Below are positions 29,008-38,371 of a DNA stretch of 64,000 bases, one piece after another; the first letter of the stretch is position 1; each line of letters starts with the position of its first letter. The notes under the pieces are model-generated. The model saw only the letters and a program-made list of their open reading frames with translations, searched no databases and had not been told where the DNA came from. A program made the translations under genes and the position numbers. Location of the stretch: assembly GCA_963664115.2 (NCBI GenBank), contig CAXWPJ010000007.1, positions 40,732-104,731 on the forward strand, in the 5' to 3' direction. Source of the stretch: Terriglobia bacterium (GTDB lineage Bacteria > Acidobacteriota > Terriglobia > 20CM-2-55-15).

Positions 29008-29331
29008 ATGGGTAAGAAACTGTACGTTGGAAACCTGCCCTATCAGACAACTGAGGGTGACTTGGAACAGTTGTTTGGCGAGATGGGCGCTGTTGAGTCG
29101 GTCCGGATCATCACCGATCGGGAAACCGGTCGCAACAGGGGATTCGGGTTCATCGAAATGAACAGCGATGAAGATGCGGACAAGGCCATCGAAAAATTCA
29201 ACCAGTACGAGTTGGAAGGCCGCGCGTTGACGGTAAACGAAGCGCGTCCCCGCGAGGACCGCGGTGGCGGTGGTGGCGGCGGTGGGGGCGGTGGGGGCGG
29301 GGGCTATCGGCGCGACGAGCCCCGCTGGTAG
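29008..29331 (+). CDS. RRM RNA-binding protein with Gly-rich tail
   Basis: LYVGNL (RNP2), RGFGFIEM (RNP1), VNEARPR. Confidence 0.95.
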   Translation: MGKKLYVGNLPYQTTEGDLEQLFGEMGAVESVRIITDRETGRNRGFGFIEMNSDEDADKAIEKFNQYELEGRALTVNEARPREDRGGGGGGGGGGGGGGYRRDEPRW

Positions 29332-29343
29332 GTCAGAATCTTC

Positions 29344-29967
29344 TCAAGAAATACGAGCGCGGCCGCCCGATTGCTTTAGAAACTCTTCCAGCGCTTCATA
29401 GGGATGCGCGCCGACCAGTTTCTGGCCATCTACAGCGAAGGTGGGCACACCCGTCACGCCCTGGGTTCTGGATTTTGCCCAGTCGGCATCGACCGCATCC
29501 CGGAAGTGGCGTGCCTCGAGCACCTCGCGAGCACGAACGGGAGACAGTCCGACGGATTCGGCTAATGCGACAAGTATCCCGAGCTCCCCGATATTCTTTC
29601 CGTCCACAAAATACGTTCTGAACAACGCGTCGTGGATCGCCTCACCTCCAGGCTGGGTCTCGGCCCAACACCCCAACTCCTGGGCCAGGCGGCTGTTGTA
29701 GGTATGTGTCCGCACGCCATAGGGCAAACCCTCTGCATCCGCCAGTCCTTTAAGGCGTGCATTCATGGCGCCGATGTCCCGACCGCTTCCGGCAAACATG
29801 TCTTCCAAAGACCGCCCTTCGGGAGGCGTTTCCGGATGCAAGGGAAAGTGCACCCAGCGGATGGTGATGTCGAATGCCTTTTTCAGTCGTTCAATACGCC
29901 CGGTACTGAGGTAGCACCAGGGTCAGACGTAGTCGCTGAAGACTTCGAACGGTATAGCTGTGTTCAT
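29344..29967 (-). CDS. DsbA/FrnE-family thiol oxidoreductase, probable selenoprotein (UxxC)
   Basis: MNTAIPFEVFSDYV-TGA-PWCY is in frame with the track ORF 29344-29853; TGA at 29923-29925; GVTGVPTF cis-Pro motif. Confidence 0.85.
29891..29909 (-). promoter_or_regulatory. Candidate bacterial SECIS hairpin
   Basis: TCAGTAC-CGGGC-GTATTGA, a 7-bp stem (one G-U) starting 13 nt after the UGA, with G-rich apical loop. Confidence 0.55.
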
Positions 29968-29973
29968 CGCATT

Positions 29974-30061
29974 AAAATGGGGTCAGAGCCCTATTTCCCC
30001 ATTTAACTAACACGAATAACTGTACGGACAAATAAGGGAAATAGGGCTCTGACCCCATTTT
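29974..30061. repeat. 26-bp perfect inverted repeat (REPIN/MITE-like)
   Basis: aaaatggggtcagagccctatttccc ... gggaaatagggctctgaccccatttt around a 36-bp spacer. Confidence 0.85.
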
Positions 30062-30199
30062 CCCATAATACAGGGGACTGCAGGCGTGATAAATCGTGAG
30101 TCGCGGCATTCGGACCCCGGCGAGTACGAGTTTCCGTCGGCAATGCGCGGGGACCGCTCTTGCCTTCTAATCGCTTCGCCTCATATCATCAGAGGGTCA

Positions 30200-30272
30200 G
30201 GGCGGTTAGCTCAGTTGGAAGAGCGTTCGGTTTACACCCGAAAGGTCACAAGTTCGAGCCTTGTACCGCCCA
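30200..30272 (+). tRNA. tRNA-Val(TAC)
   Basis: GGGCGGT/ACCGCCC acceptor stem, TTCGG-TTTACAC-CCGAA anticodon arm, GTTCGAG T-loop; CCA not encoded. Confidence 0.96.
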
Positions 30273-30306
30273 TTCCTTTCATTGTTGCAGCCCGCCAAAG
30301 GCCCAG

Positions 30307-31490
30307 CTACGGTTGAGGGGGTCGACCCAATCCCTTGAATATCCACCGTTGAACCCGGTTGCCGGAGTCGACGGACGAAGTGTACAGATTGCCTCTTGAA
30401 TCCACAGCGAGATAGTGGACCCCCTGAAATTCGCCTGGCGACGTGGCGGTGACCGACGTCCGACTCCCCGGTATCGCGCTCTTTCTTCCGAACTGATACA
30501 GAACTTTGAGGGTCTTGCGCTCTACGACGACGACGTGGTCCGTCTCGTTTTCGGCCACGTACATGAACCGCTGTTCGGGATCTCGTGAGAACGCGAGTCC
30601 TGAGGGATTGGACGGGCCACTTCCGTTGATGAACAGCTGGGTAAGGTATTCCCCGTCGACGGTGAAGACCTGAATGCGTCTGTTGACCCGATCCGCCACA
30701 TACACAAGGCCATCGTTCGATACCCTGACCGAATGCGTGGCCGCGAATTGCTGCGGTCCTTCTCTGCCGGGTACCGGAGGTTGCTGGGAGTCGCCGCTGG
30801 GCGCTGGCGAGCCGGTCGGTACGTTACCAAAGGCGCTCCACATGCGCTTGAACGCGCCCGTGTCGGCGTCAAACACGATGACGCGCAGGTTGCCCTCATC
30901 GCCGACGAATACTTCATTCGTCTTGCTATAGACGAAGATGTCGGCGGCTCCGTGCACGTTCTCCATATCTAGTGGGCCGGTACTCTGACCTTGACGACCG
31001 ATCTGCATCACCAGCTCCCCCTGGGTCGTCAGCTTCAACAGCATGTCGTCTGAGAGGGGCGTGGGGGCGTCAAGGCGGCCATACGACCCTCCGATCCAGA
31101 CATTATCCTCCTCGTCCACGAACAGACAATGCTCCTGATTCGGCCATTCGTACCCTTCGGCGCCGGCCTGGCCGCCCCAGGCCTGGAGAAACGCTCCGGA
31201 CGCGTCGAACTGCAGTACCGGGGGGGCCACGCTATCCTTCATGCTCTCCGGCACGCCAACGCGATAACGATTTAGGAGCCATACGTTGTCGTGTCGGTCG
31301 ACTGCCACCGCAGACACGACGCCCATTACCCAATTGTTGGGTAGCTCGGGCCAGGTGGGATCCACCTCGAATATCGGAACTTGCGGCGCGACTTGCGCGG
31401 CCGCGGTCAGAGCCAGTCGTGGTGGCCGACGACGATAACCAAGGCCATTGCTCCCGCTGCAAAACTGACCAGCATCTTTCGCCTCATCAT
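30307..31490 (-). pseudogene. NHL-repeat beta-propeller (PAL-like) protein, frameshifted in its signal peptide
   Basis: VD..WP, VAVD, VYVADRVNRRIQVF repeats; the RBS-linked ATG 31490 is out of frame with the body (30307-31365). Confidence 0.75.
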
Positions 31491-31528
31491 TGTCCTCCCT
31501 ATGGTCCTCCTTGGATGAAGAAGCCCGG

Positions 31529-32477
31529 TCAAGGCGTGTTGGCCCTGAAGTATTCGACCTTCTCTCTCGCGACCTTCAACATGTCGTCCAGAAACTGATC
31601 CGTGAACGCCGGTCCTTGAACGGATGCATTCGGGCCGGCTGGAGTCGGCTCCTGGTAACCCAGGTAAACATCCTTCGCTGTAATCGGCCCGTTCCGGAAC
31701 GGCGTGTACGGGTGCTCTGGGAGGATCCCATCCCAGGGGCCCCGCTGCTTCAGCTTTACGATGCTCTCGGCGTACAGCTCGCTCAGTTCAAGCGTATTCG
31801 CCGCCCGGATAGTCAGGCGCATGTTGACCAGCCGGTAGGTCTCCCCGTTGGCGCGCGCCGGGATCTCGAATGCCACCGCGCCGTAGCTGTGCCCAGGCGT
31901 CGTGTGGACTTTCACCGAGGTGTCGCCCAGCGTGATCATATCGTTGTCGTTGAGCACCAGATCCCGGGTCAGCTTCATGCAAGGGAGAGAGCATTGTGCG
32001 AGGCCCTCCCCGGCCTCGATGTAATCCCAGTCGGGGCCCGACACGCCGATGCGCGCATTGGGTGCCACCTGTTTGATCCGTCCCGCACCGGCGAAATGAT
32101 CTTGGTGCCCATGACTGATCAGAATGTACTTAATGTTCGCGGGATCGAATCCGAGCTTGCGAATGTTGTCCAACACAAAATCGGCCGTGTCACCGTATGC
32201 GGTGTCGATGAGCATAAGACCGTCGGACGTCGTGATCAGGAGTACAGAGTTGTTTTGAAGCCCGACGTAGTACAGGTTGTCGAACATCTTGAAAGGCTCG
32301 GCGACCAATTCCGCTCGCGGCACACCGGCCCAACCGGCTCGGAAGCCAAATTCCCACGCCCTCCAGGGCATCTCCATCTGAATGTCCGGTGGTTCGTCCC
32401 CACCGCCCTGGGCTTGTAGGGTCAACGAGGTGTCGAACAGAACAGCGATGACTCCGATTTAGGCATGAACGTTTCAT
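31529..32477 (-). pseudogene. B3-like metallo-beta-lactamase-fold hydrolase, frameshifted in its signal peptide
   Basis: PFKMFDNLYYVG, SHGHQDH, TPGHS; ATG 32477 (after GGGAGG) is one base out of frame with IGVIAVLF...QAQ. Confidence 0.75.
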
Positions 32478-32604
32478 AGTGTCCTCCCGCGCGGTAGCGT
32501 AGTGGCTACTCTATCGAACAAATCGATCGAAACACACGTCCTTTTCAGCACAAAAACAGCGTAGCGTATGGACCGTGCTTCAGCTTCCTGCTTGCTCTTC
32601 GTCG

Positions 32605-33633
32605 CTACCGGCGGGCGATGGTGCTGGGACCTGCATTTCCGGTGTTGCCGTCTCCAAACGTGATCCGAATCCCTGTCGTGAACAGCAGGTCATTCGGCCG
32701 TTTTCCGACGCGGGGGTTGCTCAAGTAGCGGTCGCTCAGCGTCGCCTGCCAGCTGAGCCAATCGTTTAGTCGGGTCGTTGCCGTGGAATCAAAGGTCATA
32801 CGGTACTCCCCGAGGTTGCTGAGGTTCGAATAGAACGTCAGCCGTTCGGTGAAGGACGTGTCGTCTGTAATCCGATAGGTCCACTCCTCGCCTGCAACAG
32901 ATTCTCCGGATTTCCTCCGGAGCCCGGATCCGAAATACTCCTGATTGGAAGAACCGCCTGCAAAAACCTGAAACTCGCTTCGCGGACTGTTGACCAGGTT
33001 GAGTCCGAAACCGCCTCCAAGGACGAAACGCAGATCGAGGTCCTGAAAGCGGTCGAATTCAAGATCGGAAAAGCCAAAGGTGAAGAGGCGCGACTTCAAG
33101 TCAATCTCGTAACGCCCGCCTCCCCGGATCGCATTCGCTGTCGTCACCGATTCTCCAGAGGTCGAATTGTTGGCAAAGAGCGATGTGAAGTAAAGGCTTG
33201 TCCGGTCACGTCCGGTTGTGCGGGCGGCTTGCGTTCCGACGTTCACGCTTCGGGTATCCGCATTGCCGTCGGTCAGGCTGAGCGCCGCATCGACGGTCGC
33301 AGTCCACAGACCTCCCACACCGGGACTCGTCTCGGTCTGAGACGTCGCGAGCATGGTCACATAAGGCATCCCGGGGCGAATCGCTCCAGCGTCCGTGGTC
33401 GAAGCTCCAGTGACGCCTGCATCGGAGACGATGGTCTCGATCGCTTCGAGCGGCGCATGAACAACGCCGATGAGATTCGATTCGAACTCGATGCCGCCCT
33501 CCGTCACTCGTATGATGGTGCCTGTGAGCCTGTCTCCGTTCGTCAATACGATTTGATCCGCCTGTGCCGAAAGGCACGAGAGGGTAAAGATAGATATCAA
33601 AAACAGCGTGTCTTTAGTCATAGCCTGTCTCAA
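32605..33633 (-). CDS. DUF481 outer-membrane beta-barrel protein
   Basis: AQA-DQI.L.NGDRLTG N-domain, DRFQDLDLR, amphipathic strands. Confidence 0.8.
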   Translation of the reverse strand: MRQAMTKDTLFLISIFTLSCLSAQADQIVLTNGDRLTGTIIRVTEGGIEFESNLIGVVHAPLEAIETIVSDAGVTGASTTDAGAIRPGMPYVTMLATSQTETSPGVGGLWTATVDAALSLTDGNADTRSVNVGTQAARTTGRDRTSLYFTSLFANNSTSGESVTTANAIRGGGRYEIDLKSRLFTFGFSDLEFDRFQDLDLRFVLGGGFGLNLVNSPRSEFQVFAGGSSNQEYFGSGLRRKSGESVAGEEWTYRITDDTSFTERLTFYSNLSNLGEYRMTFDSTATTRLNDWLSWQATLSDRYLSNPRVGKRPNDLLFTTGIRITFGDGNTGNAGPSTIARR

Positions 33634-34487
33634 TTCCGCGGGGCCTCGTTTTCAAAGATGAACGCGCGTAGCTCTCCCATACGCTGCACTCCCAATCCCA
33701 TGATCGCGCCTTCGTGAAGCGCAGCATCGAGCGTGAACAGGCGCTTCGGTTCGGGGGCAGCCTCGAAGAGGGCATTGCCCAGTGCGTATGGAACGACCGG
33801 ATCCCCCCGGGCGTGTACAACGGCGAGTGGGGCGTTGATACGCTCGATCTTGGCAAGCGAATCGTACGAGGTTTGAATCAACCAATCAATGGGTATCCGG
33901 AAGTGGTGACGCAGGGTGGCCCCGGCGCTGGTGAACGGGGCTTCGAGGATCATGCCGCCGATGGTTTCTCTTGATGCTAGATCGACGCTCACGCCGGTGC
34001 CCAGTGACTGACCCATGAGGTAGATGTTTTCAGGGAGAAACCCTCGGGCGCGTGCCGTCTGATAGGCCGCCTGAATGTCAGAATAGGTGCCTTCCTCTGA
34101 CGGGGAACCCTCACTCTGTCCATAACCCCGGTAGTCGTACAAAAAGATGTTGACGTGGAGTTCCTCCCGCAAAAACTCTCCCATGTCAGCCCGGTAGCCA
34201 ATGTTGCCACCGTTTCCGTGGCTGACGATCAGGATGTTCGGGCTCTCTGTCGCAAGCCACCAGCCGTGGAGACGGACGCCGTCAACAGTCTCGAAGTAAA
34301 GGTCTTCGTAGTCGCTCTGCGGGGTGCGGACGAGTCCGGCCTCCGGAAAGTAAACGAGTCGATGTTCGAAGACCTTCACGTAGAGCACCAGGACGACGGC
34401 AGTGGCCAGCGTGATGCGGCAAACAGAGGCAAGTATGCGGCGGAAGGCAGAAGTCACGACGCGCATGGTCCCGTTAAGTCTGAGCAT
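33630..34487 (-). CDS. Alpha/beta hydrolase (Bem46/YfhR-like)
   Basis: HGNGGN, DYRGYG.S.G.P.E.G, GQSLG, D..VP, H. Confidence 0.9.
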   Translation of the reverse strand: MLRLNGTMRVVTSAFRRILASVCRITLATAVVLVLYVKVFEHRLVYFPEAGLVRTPQSDYEDLYFETVDGVRLHGWWLATESPNILIVSHGNGGNIGYRADMGEFLREELHVNIFLYDYRGYGQSEGSPSEEGTYSDIQAAYQTARARGFLPENIYLMGQSLGTGVSVDLASRETIGGMILEAPFTSAGATLRHHFRIPIDWLIQTSYDSLAKIERINAPLAVVHARGDPVVPYALGNALFEAAPEPKRLFTLDAALHEGAIMGLGVQRMGELRAFIFENEAPRN

Positions 34488-35549
34488 CTACCCGAAAAAC
34501 GCCCGTGAGACGAACCAGTAAAAGCCCAGACACATGATCGCCACCGAGGCCAGCGACATCACGTGTTCCTTCCAACGGGTCCGGCCGACATAGAGCAAGA
34601 GTGGGAACAGTATCGCCACGAATACAAGTTGACCGATCTCCACGCCGAAATTAAAGGAAAACAAGGAAATCGCCAGTCGGCTCCGACCCAGGCCCATATC
34701 TCTCAGGACATTCGAAAAACCAAAGCCATGGACGAAACCGAACAGAAGCGTCACCACCCAGCGATGAACCAGTGTCCGGCCTACAAAATTTTCGATAGCG
34801 ACGTAGGCAATACTCAATGCGATCAGGCTCTCAATAAGCCGTGACGGCAAGGCGACAACGCCGAGAGTGGCCAGCACCAGCGTTACGCTGTGACCCAGGG
34901 TAAAGCATGTGACGACTTTTGCGAGTGAAACAAGCGTTGTTGTCGCCAACAGCAGGGCAAGTAGAAACGCGAGGTGATCGTAGCCGGTGAAGATGTGTTC
35001 GATCCCCAGTAACACGAAGTCGCGGATCGTGACCCAGAAGGGAATTCCTGTCACGTAATCGATATCGATACTGGGGTAGTCGCGGTCGAGCACTGCGGTT
35101 CGGGCCGCATCCCCTTCGCCGATCTGCAGAAGATGCTTGTGATTCTCCTGGGTCAAACGATCCAATGTGGAGACCACGGTGAGGTCACGAACGTCGGCGT
35201 CAAAAGTATGCAGCACACGCAGGCGAACGACGTTTTCAGCCGTAAGGAAGTGCTCTGTCAGCGCGGTCTCCAGAGGAGGATCAGGGGCCCTGACTTGATA
35301 GTTGGCGTCGATCGCGGCAAACAGCGCGTCGATACCCACCTCCAATTCTTCAGCGTCGACGCGGCCGTCCTGGTTGAGATCCAGTCTGGGGCCTTCATGA
35401 AAATCAGTCGCACTGAAGGTCAGCATCACGCTGACTTCGGGGCCTTCGGCTGCGATCAGGGAATAGCTTGTCGAGAAATCGTGGGCACGGGCCGGCCCCG
35501 CAATGGCGAGAAGGCAGACGATGACGCCGAGGAGGGGTTTTCTCTGCAT
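34488..35549 (-). CDS. HupE/UreJ family protein with periplasmic N-terminal domain
   Basis: ARAH signal end, GIEHI.TGYDHL.F, FT.GHSVTL, FG.VHGFGF, FN.GVEIGQ. Confidence 0.9.
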   Translation of the reverse strand: MQRKPLLGVIVCLLAIAGPARAHDFSTSYSLIAAEGPEVSVMLTFSATDFHEGPRLDLNQDGRVDAEELEVGIDALFAAIDANYQVRAPDPPLETALTEHFLTAENVVRLRVLHTFDADVRDLTVVSTLDRLTQENHKHLLQIGEGDAARTAVLDRDYPSIDIDYVTGIPFWVTIRDFVLLGIEHIFTGYDHLAFLLALLLATTTLVSLAKVVTCFTLGHSVTLVLATLGVVALPSRLIESLIALSIAYVAIENFVGRTLVHRWVVTLLFGFVHGFGFSNVLRDMGLGRSRLAISLFSFNFGVEIGQLVFVAILFPLLLYVGRTRWKEHVMSLASVAIMCLGFYWFVSRAFFG

Positions 35550-35596
35550 TCATCGCTCCTAAGTAGGCTGTTACACTAGCCGGGAATGCACCGTGA

Positions 35597-36154
35597 TTGT
35601 ACTGGCCCCGCTTCGCCGCAGTCAATCGTGGGCACCGCACCGGGAAAGGGGAAATCATTTACGTACTTGCAGTCATCCTGCTTCCACCGCTTCTGGTGTT
35701 TGGGATCTATCACCTCTTGCTGTGGTTCAACGTGATGGCCATAAACGGCCGGGTATTCTGGCGTCGTGTGGCGCTCGCCTCCGCCGTTTCCCACGTTCTG
35801 CTTGTCACTGGATTTTTCCTGTTCTCCTATATGGATTATCGACTCCACGTCAACATTGCCGGCACCCCGCAGGCCTTTGATGCTTACCTGTTCAACCAAT
35901 CTCCGTTCTGGAGTTTGCTGCTGGTCTGTGACACGGCCGCTATGGTGGTTCTTCTGGGCGTTTTCGGAGCCCTCGACTGGCTGGGTATCAGCTTTGGAAC
36001 TACGGTAGCGCTCACCGCGGGGATCGTTCTGCTGGCCGGGACGCTGCAGTGGTACTGGATCGGTGGCGTTATCGGAGCGGGCCTGGAGCGTCTATGGTCC
36101 GGTTTGAAAGGTCCTGAAGACGAACCCGGGAGCGATCGAACGGGCTGGCTCTAG
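35597..36154 (+). CDS. Hypothetical membrane protein
   Basis: About four hydrophobic helices; start uncertain. Confidence 0.6.
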   Translation: MYWPRFAAVNRGHRTGKGEIIYVLAVILLPPLLVFGIYHLLLWFNVMAINGRVFWRRVALASAVSHVLLVTGFFLFSYMDYRLHVNIAGTPQAFDAYLFNQSPFWSLLLVCDTAAMVVLLGVFGALDWLGISFGTTVALTAGIVLLAGTLQWYWIGGVIGAGLERLWSGLKGPEDEPGSDRTGWL

Positions 36155-36210
36155 ACGGAGGGGCGGGGCCCGATCCAGAAATTAGTCTTCTGAATCAGAA
36201 ATTGACGGCG

Positions 36211-36416
36211 TAAGATTTCGCTCGGTCGTTCAATCGGACATCCTGTCCGAACGACCGGCGAGCCTCGCAATCATCCTGATTGCGAGGTCTATTGGGGATG
36301 AAGAAATGTTGATTCAGTTCTTCGAACGAACCCGCAGCGAGGAACGCTGCGGGTAAACGGCTTTCATTGTAAAGAGGCGGTAGCCGAGGCGTTCAGAATA
36401 AGAAGATGCTTGGATC
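36211..36416. ncRNA. Structured dispersed element, copy A
   Basis: Homologous to 43924-44119 (inverted) and 60770-61000; several hairpins with compensatory changes. Confidence 0.75.
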
Positions 36417-36461
36417 TGATGCGGACGAAGCTGTTAGAAACCTGAATTCTAACCGAGCGTA

Positions 36462-37619
36462 CTAGTGGTCCCCGTCAAACAGACTGTACCTTATTGAGGC
36501 TCTTGCGAGCGCGTTGGACTTTTTCAAGGATGTCGGAAGCCTTAGCGGTCCAGATAAACGGCTTGGGATTCTGGTTATGGCCGGCGACGTAGTTTTCCAC
36601 GGCCCTTATTAACTCCGGAACAGAGCAGAATACCCCACGCCGAAGCCGTTGTTCAGAAAGATCCCGGAAGAAGCGTTCAACCATGTTGAGCCAGGATGCG
36701 CTGGTTGGCGTGAAGTGCACATGAAATCGTGAGTTGCGCTTGAGCCAGTTGACGACTTTCTGGTGTTTGTGCGTCGCATAGTTGTCGCAGATGATATGGA
36801 TCTGCTTGTCTTTGGGCACGGAGCGTTTGATTGTATTGAGAAACCGAATCCACTCCTGATGCCGATGCTTGGGCATGCAGGTCCCAATCACTGAACCGTC
36901 CAGGGTATTGAGCGCGGCGAACAACGTGGTCGTTCCATTGCGCTTGTAATCGTGGGTCATGGTGCCACCGCGCCCCTTCTTCAAAGGTAACCCGGGTTGC
37001 GTACGATCCAGGGCCTGCATCTGGCTCTTCTCATCGCAGGATAAGACGATGGCGTTTTCCGGCGGACTCAGATACAGACCGACCACATCCTCCAGCTTCT
37101 CGGCAAATTGTTTGTCGTTGGACAGTTTGAATGTGCGTGACAGATGTGGCTTCAGTCCATGGGCCCGCCAAATCCTTCCGACTGTCGCATCGCTGACTCC
37201 GGTCGCCGCCGCCATCAAAGACCGGCTCCAATGCGTCGCGTTGGGGGGCTTCTCTTCAATCGTCTTCTTCACGATCCGGGCCCGCTTCCGGGCGCTGATC
37301 GAGGGAATTCGTCCACTTCGGTGCGCGTCCTTTTCGATCCCTGCCAGTCCATGTCGCACAAAACGATCGCGCCATCGCCCGGCCTTCTGGCGCGTAATCT
37401 TCAGCCGGGCTGCGATATCCTGATTATTCAGCCCTTCGTCGGCCAGTAAGATAATTCGGGATCGTTCTGCCAACCGTACCGTCGTACTCCGGCTTCGACT
37501 CAGTCGTTTCAATTCCTTGCGCTGTTCGTTATCCAATTCAATCGTTGCTGCTTTTCTCATACCAACATTTGACGTTGGAAAAGCAATTACGTTACATTAA
37601 TTTCGACGGGCTACACTAG
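36462..37619. mobile_element. IS630 family insertion sequence
   Basis: CTAG at both ends; imperfect inverted repeats ctagtggtccccgtcaaa / ttcgacgggctacactag. Confidence 0.9.
36475..37560 (-). CDS. IS630 family transposase
   Basis: HTH region, CDEKSQ.QAL, HDYKRNGTT, DNYATHK, TPTSASWLN.VE.FF. Confidence 0.96.
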   Translation of the reverse strand: MRKAATIELDNEQRKELKRLSRSRSTTVRLAERSRIILLADEGLNNQDIAARLKITRQKAGRWRDRFVRHGLAGIEKDAHRSGRIPSISARKRARIVKKTIEEKPPNATHWSRSLMAAATGVSDATVGRIWRAHGLKPHLSRTFKLSNDKQFAEKLEDVVGLYLSPPENAIVLSCDEKSQMQALDRTQPGLPLKKGRGGTMTHDYKRNGTTTLFAALNTLDGSVIGTCMPKHRHQEWIRFLNTIKRSVPKDKQIHIICDNYATHKHQKVVNWLKRNSRFHVHFTPTSASWLNMVERFFRDLSEQRLRRGVFCSVPELIRAVENYVAGHNQNPKPFIWTAKASDILEKVQRARKSLNKVQSV

Positions 37620-38200
37620 GTGGCAGGCTGACGCTTGCTTTCAGGCAGAACGGAATCGTCGTTGAACGGACGGATGCCGCGCCGGGAGTAGGTCGGCTCT
37701 GAAGTGTTCCGGCAGTCAAAATAGTCCCAGCGATTCGTGTGATCGGACACGAACACCTCGTCGAAAACCAGGAAGAGCATCGGCAGAATAAACGGCTTAC
37801 GAACACCATGGATCTTAAAAACAGCATTGAAGCCCTCTCTCTTAAGAGCACTCCACTGCTCTCTTTCATCGTCGCTAAACGCAGTGATGTTGTCGTTGAG
37901 CAGGTCACGGAAGAAGCGAAGCCTGTAGCCATCGTGAAGATGGTTCGTCGCGATAATCATTTTGTCGTCTTGATGAAAGAGTATGGCTTTCGTGGATCCG
38001 CGATATGAGAAGAGCTGGACCAGGGCGATGGCAATCGTCGCCAGGGCGACGAGGCCGATTACGATAAAGAGAAACTGCCCGATCTGGTTTCTTTGGGAGA
38101 AGCCGCGCGCAACGCTCACCAGGACCGTCAGAGCCAGCAGCACGCCCAGCATGTTGCCAGTCCGCATCCGGTTGATCTCTCGACGGGAAAAAAACACCAT
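37616..38200 (-). CDS. Hypothetical two-TM membrane protein
   Basis: RBS AGGAGG; two TMs then a soluble domain; stop codon coincides with the IS630 CTAG. Confidence 0.6.
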   Translation of the reverse strand: MVFFSRREINRMRTGNMLGVLLALTVLVSVARGFSQRNQIGQFLFIVIGLVALATIAIALVQLFSYRGSTKAILFHQDDKMIIATNHLHDGYRLRFFRDLLNDNITAFSDDEREQWSALKREGFNAVFKIHGVRKPFILPMLFLVFDEVFVSDHTNRWDYFDCRNTSEPTYSRRGIRPFNDDSVLPESKRQPAT

Positions 38201-38371
38201 AAAGTGACGCCTCCTGTTTCCGTCTTACAGGTCCCTATTATAGCAATTCAGGAGCAATCTGTTCTCGTTCTGGTGAATTACGCGCAGCTGTGAAACATGC
38301 CAGGGCACGGAACCGGGATCACCGCACGACAGGTGGGCGGACGTGTTTATCCGTGACCGAACAACAGTTAT

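Noticed and set aside
29262-29303. (GGN)n repeat
   Set aside because: Encodes the ordinary Gly-rich tail of the RRM protein.
31490-32419. Long antisense ORFs (e.g. 31490-32419 +, 44568-45392 +, 23179-24048 -, 21301-22050 +)
   Set aside because: Shadow ORFs opposite well-supported genes, expected at high GC, with no motifs.
31529-32425. Antibiotic-resistance B3 beta-lactamase
   Set aside because: The fold and HxHxDH motif are shared by many hydrolases and the gene is frameshifted; resistance cannot be claimed.
30273-33633. Second island integrated at tRNA-Val
   Set aside because: The genes look accessory, but I found no duplicated tRNA 3' end and no integrase.
36211-36416. Structured element as a hammerhead ribozyme (CAGGATGA ... 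CGAAA on the reverse strand)
   Set aside because: The core would need CUGANGA unpaired at a three-way junction; here the sequence differs and sits in a hairpin tip.
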